DNA from: a candidate division NPL-UPA2 bacterium Unc8
GTDB taxonomy: Bacteria > NPL-UPA2
Direction: 5' to 3'
Length of the DNA stretch: 64,000 nucleotides
Assembly: GCA_003574845.1 (NCBI GenBank)
Contig: NDHY01000004.1
Location: forward strand, 12,723 to 76,722
In this document: in pieces, positions 10,921 to 19,560 of the stretch
Layout of the letters: the number at the start of each line of letters is the position of its first letter
How positions within the stretch are numbered: the stretch's first letter is position 1
The notes under the pieces: generated by a model
The model's input: only the letters and a program-made list of their open reading frames with translations
Told to the model about the DNA's origin: nothing
Database searches by the model: none
Translations under genes and position numbers: made by a program

Positions 10921-11691
10921 ATGAAGCAGATAAAGATTATCCCCTGCCTTGATGTCAAGGATGGAAGAGTAGTTAAAGGGGTAAAGTTTGAAAATCTTAA
11001 GGATGCCCGAGACCCGGTAGAAGCAGCAGCTACCTATTGCCGCGAGGGTGCTGATGAACTTGTCTTCCTTGATATCTTCGCCACAGTGGAGAATAGAAAG
11101 ACTAGATTGGAGTGGGTGAGAAAGGTTGTTGATGTAGTTACTATTCCCTTTGCCGTGGGCGGTGGCATAGGTAACATTGAGGATATGAAGCTTTTGCTTG
11201 ACCTTGGCGTCAATAAGGTCTCTATAAACACGGCCGCGGTCAAGAACCCTGAGCTTATAAGAAGAGCATCTAAGGAGTTTGGTAAGAACCGGCTGGTGGT
11301 GGCTATCGATGGCAAGAAGAATCAATTGGGCAGTGGCTTTCCCCGACTTGAAGTGGTGGTTAAGAGTGGCAATGAAACTACGAGCATAGAAATTGTTGAC
11401 TGGGCAAAGAGGGTAGAAGAATTAGGCGCGGGAGAGATTTTACTCACCAGCAAGGATGCCGATGGCACCAAAGAAGGATATGATTTAGAAATGACCAGGG
11501 CAGTAGCCGAAGCGGTTCGCATTCCAGTTACTGCTTCAGGCGGCGCTGGCAAATTAGAGCACCTTTATGAGGCTGTTGTAATAGGTAAAGCATCAGCAGT
11601 TTTAGCTGCTTCAATCTTCCACTTCAGGGAGATTTCAATCAAAGAGGCAAAAAAATATTTGAAAAGTAAGGGTATATCGGTTTACGATTAA
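10921..11691 (+). CDS. hisF: Imidazole glycerol phosphate synthase cyclase subunit HisF (or WbuZ-like HisF paralog)
   Basis: N-terminal KIIPCLDVKDGRVVKG and the (beta/alpha)8 HisF signature. No hisH or hisA is adjacent. Confidence 0.8.
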   Translation: MKQIKIIPCLDVKDGRVVKGVKFENLKDARDPVEAAATYCREGADELVFLDIFATVENRKTRLEWVRKVVDVVTIPFAVGGGIGNIEDMKLLLDLGVNKVSINTAAVKNPELIRRASKEFGKNRLVVAIDGKKNQLGSGFPRLEVVVKSGNETTSIEIVDWAKRVEELGAGEILLTSKDADGTKEGYDLEMTRAVAEAVRIPVTASGGAGKLEHLYEAVVIGKASAVLAASIFHFREISIKEAKKYLKSKGISVYD

Positions 11692-11716
11692 GTATATTTA
11701 ATCGAAAGGTAAGATT

Positions 11717-12982
11717 ATGCAGAAGAAAAAGCTGAATCCCTTCAAGATCGCTCAGGCCCAATTGGATGAGGCAGCCAAAAAGTTAGGTTTAACTCCTCAT
11801 ATACATCAACTTTTAAGAAAGCCTATGAGGGAATACCATGTGACTATCCCGGTGAAGATGGATAGTGGCAAGATTAAGAGATTCAAAGGCTTCAGGGTCC
11901 AATACAATGATGCCCGGGGACCATGTAAAGGCGGAATAAGATACCACCCTGATGAGACCATTGATACAGTGAGAGCATTGGCTGCGTGGATGACATGGAA
12001 GACCGCCCTTTTAAATCTTCCTTTTGGTGGAGGAAAAGGTGGGGTAATCTGTAATCCAAAGGAGATGTCTTCTGGAGAATTAGAGAGACTTAGCAGGGGT
12101 TACATAAGGATGATATTTAAATACATCGGTCCCAAGGTTGATATTCCTGCCCCTGATGTCTATACTACACCTCAGATAATGGCCTGGATGATGGATGAAT
12201 ATAGTAAACTTATAGGTTATTATTGTCCTGGTGTAATTACTGGCAAACCTGTAGAAGTGGGAGGTTCTCTGGGTAGAGATGATGCTACTGCCAGAGGTGG
12301 GGTGTATACGGTAAGGGAGGCAGCCAGGCATTTGAAGCTCGATACTAAAGGGGCTACAGTAGCGGTTCAGGGATATGGAAATGCTGGATTGAATGCTGCT
12401 ATCCTGAGCCAGGAAATTTTTGGCTGTAAGATTGTTGCTGTGTCTGATACAAAAGGTGGAATCTATGACCCTAATGGTTTTGATCCTAAGGCGGTAGTAG
12501 AGCATAAGAGAAAGGTAGGTTCAGTTATTAATTTCCCAGGCACAGAGTTTATATCAAATGAGAATCTCCTGGAACTCAATGTTGATATCTTATGGCCGGC
12601 GGCGTTGGAGAATGTCATCACAAAAGAGAATGCCCCTCGGATAAAGGCAAAGATTATAGCAGAGGCCGCCAATGGTCCCACAACACCTGATGCTGACGGA
12701 ATTCTTTATAAAAACGGTGTATTTGTGATTCCTGATTTTCTCTGCAACGCAGGGGGTGTTACTGTTTCTTATTTTGAATGGGTCCAGAATATTACAGGGC
12801 TCTACTGGGAATTGGAAGAGATTCACCGGAGGCTTGATGAGAGGATGACCAGAGCCCTTCACAATACTTTAAATATGTCCCTTGAGCATAAGGTCAATAT
12901 GAGAGTGGCAGCCCATATGATAGCAGTAGAGAGAGTAGCCAGGGCCATGGAGCTCAGAGGATGGAGGAAAAAGATTAAGTGA
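11717..12982 (+). CDS. gdhA: NAD(P)-specific glutamate dehydrogenase
   Basis: Glu/Leu/Phe/Val dehydrogenase signature LPFGGGKGG with the catalytic Lys region; 421 aa. Confidence 0.9.
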   Translation: MQKKKLNPFKIAQAQLDEAAKKLGLTPHIHQLLRKPMREYHVTIPVKMDSGKIKRFKGFRVQYNDARGPCKGGIRYHPDETIDTVRALAAWMTWKTALLNLPFGGGKGGVICNPKEMSSGELERLSRGYIRMIFKYIGPKVDIPAPDVYTTPQIMAWMMDEYSKLIGYYCPGVITGKPVEVGGSLGRDDATARGGVYTVREAARHLKLDTKGATVAVQGYGNAGLNAAILSQEIFGCKIVAVSDTKGGIYDPNGFDPKAVVEHKRKVGSVINFPGTEFISNENLLELNVDILWPAALENVITKENAPRIKAKIIAEAANGPTTPDADGILYKNGVFVIPDFLCNAGGVTVSYFEWVQNITGLYWELEEIHRRLDERMTRALHNTLNMSLEHKVNMRVAAHMIAVERVARAMELRGWRKKIK

Positions 12983-13401
12983 AACAGCCCCACGACATAG
13001 TTAGTAAGTTAAGCGAATTAGGCTATCGGCTGACACCGCAGCGGATGATGATTTTGTCGGCTATTGAAAATAGCGATGACCATATTAGTGCCGAGGAAAT
13101 CTACGCCCAGGTGACGGTTAAATATCCTAATGTTAACATCTCAACCGTCTATCGCACCCTGGAACTATTAAAACGACTTGGGCTGACAACCGAGACGGAC
13201 CTCGGGGGAGGTAGAGTTAGATATCATCCCGCAGCGAAAGGGCATCATCATCACCTCGTTTGCCAGCAATGTGGAGCTATAATCGCCCTTGATGAGTCGC
13301 TGATGTCCTCTCTCAAGAGCGCTTTGCTCCGAGAATATAAATTTAGCGCCGACCTGAGACACCTGGCTATTTTTGGTCGCTGTGTAAATTGCGGTAAATA
13401 A
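12979..13401 (+). CDS. Fur-family metalloregulator (Fur/Zur/Nur-like)
   Basis: GTG start overlaps the gdhA stop. Winged-helix LTPQRMMILSAIE, His-rich HPAAKGHHHHLVCQQCG and C-terminal CxxC are present. Confidence 0.8.
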   Translation: MKQPHDIVSKLSELGYRLTPQRMMILSAIENSDDHISAEEIYAQVTVKYPNVNISTVYRTLELLKRLGLTTETDLGGGRVRYHPAAKGHHHHLVCQQCGAIIALDESLMSSLKSALLREYKFSADLRHLAIFGRCVNCGK

Positions 13402-13440
13402 TTTTTTTTATTGTGTCACTGCATATTGTTGCGATAAAGA

Positions 13441-13469
13441 TTGCATTATTTTAAAAAGTGTTGTATAAT
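13441..13469 (+). promoter_or_regulatory. Sigma70-like promoter (TTGCAT, 17 nt, extended -10 TGTATAAT) upstream of the cbi locus
   Basis: Hexamers read directly. A 15-bp palindrome TTGCAAATAATTGCA at 13521-13536 lies downstream as a candidate operator. Confidence 0.35.
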
Positions 13470-13520
13470 TATTCTAAAATAGTAAAGAAGCATTAGGCTC
13501 TTAATTTTTTTGCTTTGTTA

Positions 13521-13536
13521 TTGCAAATAATTGCAG
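13521..13536. promoter_or_regulatory. Palindromic candidate operator TTGCAAATAATTGCA between the Fur-family gene and the cbi operon
   Basis: A near-perfect inverted repeat sits downstream of the candidate promoter. Confidence 0.25.
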
Positions 13537-13550
13537 ATGCATTTAATCGC

Positions 13551-13650
13551 TAAAAGCAGAAGCCAGAATCCAGAAGCCAGAATTCAGAATAGAAGAAGTA
13601 TAGGCTTCCAGCAACTTGCTGACTTCTGACTCCTGAATTGGTGGCGTTGT
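13551..13650. repeat. CAGAAK-unit tandem repeats arranged as an imperfect palindrome
   Basis: gcagaagccagaatccagaagccagaattcagaa ... ttctgacttctgactcctgaattgg. The same unit family recurs at 25499-25600. Confidence 0.7.
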
Positions 13651-13694
13651 GCAACCAGTTGTAATTATATCCTTATTAAGAAAGGGAGGAAAAA

Positions 13695-14447
13695 ATGAAA
13701 GTGGTATTGAAGGTTTTCTTGACGTTAGTTTTCCTGACGTTAGTTTTTCTGGCTACGGCTACGGTTGAGCTCTTGGGGTGTCCACCTCCCGCAGAGCCAA
13801 AGGTAGATGTAGAAGCGGTCAGAAGTGATATAGATGGAATTAAAAGGGATATGGAAGCTTTTAAAAAAGCTGTGAATGTCATCCATCCGCAATCCGATGT
13901 AATTGTCTCTGAGGAAACCCTCCCTCAGGAGATAAGGGATATGGCAGAGACGATTCACCTGAGCAGCCACGGGCTTAAATACCTTATGCCTTATATGGAA
14001 AAGGTTATAGAGGAGCTTGACAGGTATAAAGAAAACCCCCAGACGCATAAGAAGGAAATCCTTTATGCAGCTGGGGGACTTGAAGCCCTAAGAAAGGCTT
14101 CTATAAAAATAATGCAGGAAAAAAGGTTCATCTCCCTTATGGAGCTTCCCTATCCTGAGAAAGCACCGCATAAAATAGCACATGTGCTTCTGGAAAAAGA
14201 AGAGATCAGGGCAATTGAGGAGACCAAAAAGGCAGCTGGGGATATTCATATCGCTATGCATGGGCTTGAGGATGCTTTAACCTCTATGAAGCTTAATCTG
14301 AAGAAGATTTTCGAAGCTTTTGTCGGTGAGGGTATGGCGAGGGCGGGCAGCACCGGTTATACCCGGCTCCAGTTGGCAGTGATGGCGGGGTGTGTCATCT
14401 GGGGATTTATCGGCACCGCTCTGTTCTTCAATAGGAGGGGCGGCTGA
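13695..14447 (+). CDS. His-rich predicted lipoprotein with C-terminal TM anchor, translationally coupled to cbiM (candidate metal-delivery component)
   Basis: Signal peptide with lipobox LLGC; a 15-bp tandem duplication inside the signal peptide; many His in helical repeats; a C-terminal hydrophobic helix; the stop overlaps the cbiM ATG (TGATG). Confidence 0.55.
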   Translation: MKVVLKVFLTLVFLTLVFLATATVELLGCPPPAEPKVDVEAVRSDIDGIKRDMEAFKKAVNVIHPQSDVIVSEETLPQEIRDMAETIHLSSHGLKYLMPYMEKVIEELDRYKENPQTHKKEILYAAGGLEALRKASIKIMQEKRFISLMELPYPEKAPHKIAHVLLEKEEIRAIEETKKAAGDIHIAMHGLEDALTSMKLNLKKIFEAFVGEGMARAGSTGYTRLQLAVMAGCVIWGFIGTALFFNRRGG

Positions 14448-15166
14448 TGCACATTTCAGATGGCGTGTTATCGCCTCAAGTCTGGATATCTGGATATGTG
14501 ATTACCGTGGCATTAACCGCTTATGTCTTAGCCAGGAAAACGGACACCAGCGAACTGCCGAAACTCTCGATAATTACCGCGGCTCTCTTTGTGGCTTCAT
14601 TAATCCATATACCGATAGGTCCAACAAGCGTTCATCTGGTATTGACCGGCTTAGCCGGAATAACCCTCGGACTGCTTGCTTTTCCGGCTGTTCTCGTCGC
14701 CTTAATCCTGCAAGCCCTTCTTTTCCAGCACGGAGGTATAACTACCATAGGGATAAACACCATTAATCTGGGACTTCCGGCACTGGCAGTCTATGGGCTT
14801 TTTCTCCTCGGAACCAGGACTAATATCAGAGGAAAACATGGAATATTCGGTGGTTTAGCCGGTGGAATGGCTGTAGCTCTGGGCATACTGCTTCTCTCCT
14901 TGAGTTTGCTCGTTACCGGTGAGCACCTTAAAGATGTGATTCCGTTCGTCGTTGTAGCGCATCTTCCGTTAATAGCAATTGAGGCTATAGTTGTGGGTGC
15001 TTTTGCTGGATTTGTGAGGAGAGTTAGTCCACAGGTATTAAAAAATGGTAGAGTATCCTCAAATCGACAGATATGCCGGACTTACCTCCCCGATCCACCG
15101 CTGGGACCCGCGGGCCAAGCTGGTCGCTATCCTTGGTCTGATCTTCTCGGTGGTGCTCATCACTGA
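14447..15166 (+). CDS. cbiM: ECF transporter substrate-specific component CbiM/NikM (Co/Ni)
   Basis: N-terminal MHISDG (Met1-His2 metal-ligand motif) and multiple TM helices. The C-terminal ~35 aa overlap cbiQ in a different frame. Confidence 0.85.
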   Translation: MHISDGVLSPQVWISGYVITVALTAYVLARKTDTSELPKLSIITAALFVASLIHIPIGPTSVHLVLTGLAGITLGLLAFPAVLVALILQALLFQHGGITTIGINTINLGLPALAVYGLFLLGTRTNIRGKHGIFGGLAGGMAVALGILLLSLSLLVTGEHLKDVIPFVVVAHLPLIAIEAIVVGAFAGFVRRVSPQVLKNGRVSSNRQICRTYLPDPPLGPAGQAGRYPWSDLLGGAHH

Positions 15167-15800
15167 CTTGATGATGGCTATGGTTGGGTTAGCTGTCGCT
15201 CTCTTTCTGGTTTTTATATCCAGGATACCTTTTGGCTTTGTGCTAAAGCACTTAGCACGAGTTAGCATATTTATCTTCCCTCTCTGTGTGCTCATTCTGT
15301 TTACCTATCATCAAGGAGATGAGATAGCAAGGTTTTACTTCCTGACTGTTACCTCAGGTGGAATTGAGCATGCCTGCTTGATAGCAGTCAGGGCACTTGC
15401 CGCAGTTATTCTTATATTCCCCCTGATAGGCACTATGAGGTTTGATGTTGCGATAAAGGCTTTAGGAAAGCTTAAAGTCCCTAACAAGCTGGTTCAAATG
15501 CTAATTTTTACCTATAGATACATTTTTGTCTTTATTGAAGAAGTTCAAAGAATGTTCAGAGCACTTACTTCAAGAGGATTTACCGGAGGAATGAATGGAC
15601 GCACGCTGAGGGCAACGGGCAGGTTGATAGGGATGCTGTTGGTTAGAACCCTTGAAAGAGCGGAGAGGGTTTACAATGCTATGGTTTCCCGAGGATACGA
15701 AGGAAATCTCGGGACTTTGGTTGAGTTCAAAATTGGAGGAGGAGATATTCTTAAAGCTGCCATTTTAATAGCGATAGCAATCGCATTAAATGTGTTTTGA
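15045..15800 (+). CDS. cbiQ: ECF transporter transmembrane T component CbiQ
   Basis: N-terminal RWDPRAKLVAILGLIFSVVL and the CbiQ/EcfT fold; it overlaps cbiM by 120 bp. Confidence 0.8.
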   Translation: MVEYPQIDRYAGLTSPIHRWDPRAKLVAILGLIFSVVLITDLMMAMVGLAVALFLVFISRIPFGFVLKHLARVSIFIFPLCVLILFTYHQGDEIARFYFLTVTSGGIEHACLIAVRALAAVILIFPLIGTMRFDVAIKALGKLKVPNKLVQMLIFTYRYIFVFIEEVQRMFRALTSRGFTGGMNGRTLRATGRLIGMLLVRTLERAERVYNAMVSRGYEGNLGTLVEFKIGGGDILKAAILIAIAIALNVF

Positions 15801-16537
15801 GGGTTATTCAGATGAGTGAAAGAGCGATAAGTATTACAAATCTTAGCCATACCTATCCTGACGGAACACCCGGGCTGCGTGGAATTTCACTTGATATAAT
15901 TAGAGGAGAATCCGTTGGTGTAATAGGTCCGAATGGGGCAGGAAAAACTACACTTTTATTACATCTAAACGGCATTTTTATGAGCAAGAATGGAAATGTA
16001 GAGATATTAGGAAAGGAAATAAGAAAGGAGAATATAAAAGGGATAAGGAGAAGTGTCGGGCTTGTTTTTCAAGACCCGAATGACCAGCTTTTTATGCCCA
16101 CCGTCTTTGATGATGTTGCCTTTGGTCCGCTCAATATGGGTTATTCTGAGGCTGAGGTTCGGCAATGTGTAGCCAGGGCCCTGGATTGGGTGGGGATGAC
16201 TGGTTATGAGCCGCGCTCACCTCATCATCTTGGTGTTGGTGAGAAGAAACGGATTGCTATAGCTACCGTCCTGGCTATGACCCCGGAAATCCTGGTGATT
16301 GATGAGCCAACGGCAAATCTTGACCCGGGGAGTAAGTGGTCTTTAATTGAATTACTGAGAGGGTTGTCAATAACTAAAATAATTGCCACTCATGACCTGG
16401 AGTTGGTGCGAGTCCTGTGCCAGCGGACTATCGTTCTTGACAAAGGGAGAGTAATTACTGACGGCACTACTAAACATATTTTAGTTGATAAACCGCTGCT
16501 TTGTGCCCATGAACTGGCTCCACCAAATGCCACTTAG
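15797..16537 (+). CDS. cbiO: ECF transporter ATPase CbiO
   Basis: Walker A GPNGAGKTT, the ABC signature and Walker B ILVIDEPT. Confidence 0.85.
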   Translation: MRVIQMSERAISITNLSHTYPDGTPGLRGISLDIIRGESVGVIGPNGAGKTTLLLHLNGIFMSKNGNVEILGKEIRKENIKGIRRSVGLVFQDPNDQLFMPTVFDDVAFGPLNMGYSEAEVRQCVARALDWVGMTGYEPRSPHHLGVGEKKRIAIATVLAMTPEILVIDEPTANLDPGSKWSLIELLRGLSITKIIATHDLELVRVLCQRTIVLDKGRVITDGTTKHILVDKPLLCAHELAPPNAT

Positions 16538-16558
16538 ATTAGTCTTAGGGTCTGTAGC

Positions 16559-17437
16559 TCAAGCTATTTCCTCTTTGGTCCTGATTGATTTACTATTGCC
16601 GGCATTGAGCAGGACACAGGGAAGACCATCAACCGGGTGGAGATAGACACAGTCCTCAGCTCCATAGACCTCCTTGATATTGCGAGCAGTGATAACCTCC
16701 TTAGGTGTCCCCTCAGCATGAACTCGCCCGTTATTTATCAGGACTAATCGATCGCAGTATTGTGAGGCAAGGTTCAGGTCATGAAGGGCAGCCAAAACTG
16801 TTAGATTATTCTCCCGGCAAAGGTTCTTAATCAGGTCAAGGATTTCAATCTGACGGCCGATATCCAGATTTGCGGTCGGCTCATCCAGAAGAATCGCCTT
16901 TGGCTCTTGAGCCAGAACACGAGCAATGAGTAGACACTGTATTTCCCCACCGGAAAGTTCGCTCACTCTTCGCTCAGCAAGAGAGTGAGTTGCCGTCCTT
17001 TCCATAGCTTGCCAGGCGATAGTTAGTTCTCTGGGTCCTTCATACTGAAAAGGGCTGAGGTGGGGATTTCTGCCCATAAGCACTATCTCAAAGGCGGTAA
17101 AGGCGCTGGGCAGGAGAGGCATCTGAGGGACGACACCAAGCAAACGAGCCAAATCCTGCCTTGGTATCTCCCTTACATTTTTTCCATCCAGAAGTATTTT
17201 CCCTGAATGGGGAGAGATAATGCGACTTAAAGTCCGGATAATGGTCGACTTACCACAGCCATTTGGTCCGATAAGCCCTACCATCTCTCCCGGCCTCACC
17301 TGAAAGGTCATCTCTTTCAACACTACCTTACGACCATAGCCAAAGCAGACATCCTGCATTTCTATCTTAATCATTGGAGGGTCAGAAAAGTATTTTTCTC
17401 TTGCGCCGCAATAAGTAAAGGAAGAAGGGTGCTCCAC
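16559..17437 (-). CDS. ABC transporter ATP-binding protein (iron-siderophore/cobalamin FecE/BtuD type)
   Basis: GLIGPNGCGKST Walker A, LSGGE signature, ILLDEPT Walker B. Confidence 0.85.
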   Translation of the reverse strand: MEHPSSFTYCGAREKYFSDPPMIKIEMQDVCFGYGRKVVLKEMTFQVRPGEMVGLIGPNGCGKSTIIRTLSRIISPHSGKILLDGKNVREIPRQDLARLLGVVPQMPLLPSAFTAFEIVLMGRNPHLSPFQYEGPRELTIAWQAMERTATHSLAERRVSELSGGEIQCLLIARVLAQEPKAILLDEPTANLDIGRQIEILDLIKNLCRENNLTVLAALHDLNLASQYCDRLVLINNGRVHAEGTPKEVITARNIKEVYGAEDCVYLHPVDGLPCVLLNAGNSKSIRTKEEIA

Positions 17438-18449
17438 AGAGAGCAGTGATTACCCCTATCGGTATCTCGGTAGGAGCCAGAGCGGTGCGCGCGATTAGGT
17501 CGGTTAGGATTAGAAAGATGGCACCGGTGAGAACAGACAGGGGTAGTAGGAAACGGTGGTCAGCACCCCAAATTAGACGCACGGCATGAGGAATGATGAT
17601 GCCGACAAAGCCGATGATGCCGACAAAAGAGACGGCGGCAGCCGTAATTAAAGTGGCTGCGACCAGGAGAACGAGCTTGAGTCTTTCCACATTGATTCCT
17701 AACTGCTGAGCCTGCTCCTCGCCAAGCTGCATTATATTAAGTGGACGAGCATAAAGCAAGATGATGACTATCCCCACCACCACATAAGGCAGAACAATCT
17801 TTACCTCTGACCACTGGCTCAAGGAGAAACTGCCCATTAGCCAAAATATAATGCCGTGCATTTTCTCCCCGCTGAAAATGATGAGATAGGAAATGATTGA
17901 CCCTAAAAGCGCGCCTAAAGCCACACCGGCTAAAATAAGAGTAGTCACGGGCAGGGTTTTGCCTACCCGAGCCAAACCATAGACAATAGTAGTGCTAACC
18001 AGTGCCCCGGTGAAGGCAAGTAGGGGGATAATCCCGAAACCCATACCGTGCCAGGTGAACGGAAGTAAAAAGCCAATGACTGCCCCCAACGCTGCTCCTT
18101 GAGCGACACCGATGAGATAAGGGTCAGCCAGTGGGTTACGGAAGAGTCCCTGGTATGTAGCCCCGGCTATTGCCAGAGCAGCTCCGACCAATCCTGCCAG
18201 TAGTACCCGGGGAAGGCGAATATCAATAATAATTGTCTCCGCCGCTGCCGACCAGGCGGGGATGATATCTATAAGAGGCAGCCGGGAAAGCAATATCCCC
18301 CATATGGTGTTGAGAGGGATGTGGGTGCTTCCCACCGCCGTAGCTACAACCATTATCACTCCCAGGAGTAAGGCAAGCCCGGCTATGCCATATAGTCGGC
18401 TTCGCCACCGCAAGTGGTAGGCATGGGTAGCTCTGACCAGTGGTATCAT
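17382..18449 (-). CDS. FecCD-family ABC permease (BtuC/FepD-like)
   Basis: 355 aa, about 9-10 TM helices, the conserved FecCD Gly-rich region. Confidence 0.85.
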   Translation of the reverse strand: MIPLVRATHAYHLRWRSRLYGIAGLALLLGVIMVVATAVGSTHIPLNTIWGILLSRLPLIDIIPAWSAAAETIIIDIRLPRVLLAGLVGAALAIAGATYQGLFRNPLADPYLIGVAQGAALGAVIGFLLPFTWHGMGFGIIPLLAFTGALVSTTIVYGLARVGKTLPVTTLILAGVALGALLGSIISYLIIFSGEKMHGIIFWLMGSFSLSQWSEVKIVLPYVVVGIVIILLYARPLNIMQLGEEQAQQLGINVERLKLVLLVAATLITAAAVSFVGIIGFVGIIIPHAVRLIWGADHRFLLPLSVLTGAIFLILTDLIARTALAPTEIPIGVITALCGAPFFLYLLRRKRKILF

Positions 18450-18461
18450 TATAGTTCCTCT

Positions 18462-19373
18462 CTATTCACCGAAAAGTTCAGGGTGAATAAACTTTGTTAA
18501 CTCCTCCAGGGCATCAACCAGCCTCGGTCCAGGTCTATCAAATAGGTCCTCCTCAACCAGATATACCCTGTTTTCCCGGAACGCATCAGTAACCCCTAAC
18601 CCTAATCTGAGTTTATCCTTCACTCCGGCAGCGCGATGAGGGGCGATAATTAACTGAGGATTCCTGGCAATAACCGTTTCTAAATCAATACCTGCCCATT
18701 GAGTAAGGTCATAAGCAATGTTTTTTCCCCCGGCTTTGTTGATCAAATCATCAGCAAAGGTTCCTGAGCCAGCCACCAACAGCGGGTCGTGCCAGACTAT
18801 ATATAGAACCCGTGGTCTTTGCTCATCAGTCAGAGTCATGGTTTTCTCGGTTATGGCTCTAATCCGATCCTCCAGATCGGTAACCAGCCGGATAGCCTTC
18901 TCGCTCTTGCCGGTGATTTCCCCAACTAAGGTAATGTTGGATAGCACTTCATTTAGGGTCTTCGGCACCAGAGCAAAGACAGTTATATCAACTCTCTCCA
19001 GTGCTGGGATTCCTTTCCGTTCGTGAAGGGCGGCGGCCAGTACCAGGTCTGGCTCAAGAGCGACCACCCTCTCCAGGTCGAAGGGGAGCCAGCCACCTAC
19101 CTTTTCTATATCCAGTGCTGTCTCCGGATAATTACAAAATTCAGTAACCCCGACTACCTTATTCCCAAGACCTAAGGCAAAGAGGATTTCGGTATTACTC
19201 GGGGCAAGGGAAACAATCCTCTGCGGCACTTCTTCAATATCTACTGTTCTTCCCAGGTCATCAACAAAGACGCCAGGGACAGGCGGGGGAGGACAAACCG
19301 GGTAAACCGCAGCCGAGCCCGAAAATGCCACCATCAGCAAAGTTGGAATACACCACCGAATATAATGTTTCAT
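18462..19373 (-). CDS. Periplasmic substrate-binding protein (class III, BtuF/FepB-like)
   Basis: Signal peptide, 303 aa, positioned with the FecCD permease and ATPase. Confidence 0.75.
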   Translation of the reverse strand: MKHYIRWCIPTLLMVAFSGSAAVYPVCPPPPVPGVFVDDLGRTVDIEEVPQRIVSLAPSNTEILFALGLGNKVVGVTEFCNYPETALDIEKVGGWLPFDLERVVALEPDLVLAAALHERKGIPALERVDITVFALVPKTLNEVLSNITLVGEITGKSEKAIRLVTDLEDRIRAITEKTMTLTDEQRPRVLYIVWHDPLLVAGSGTFADDLINKAGGKNIAYDLTQWAGIDLETVIARNPQLIIAPHRAAGVKDKLRLGLGVTDAFRENRVYLVEEDLFDRPGPRLVDALEELTKFIHPELFGE

Positions 19374-19560
19374 TTAAAAATCTCCTTTATTGTTCTAAAT
19401 AAATCCTACCCCCTTACTCCGCGGAGGTTCAAGGATACAGCAATCCGAATCAAAAGTCCAAATAAATAATCAGCATTATTTTGACACGACCCCTTAAAAA
19501 ACTTAACATGTGACAGCAGAATGTAGTATAATCAGGAAATGACGTGCTTTGTTGTGATTA

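Noticed and set aside
19374-19560. Cobalamin riboswitch upstream of the FecCD-type importer
   Set aside because: No B12-box (GCCACTG) or associated conserved stems were seen on the minus strand.
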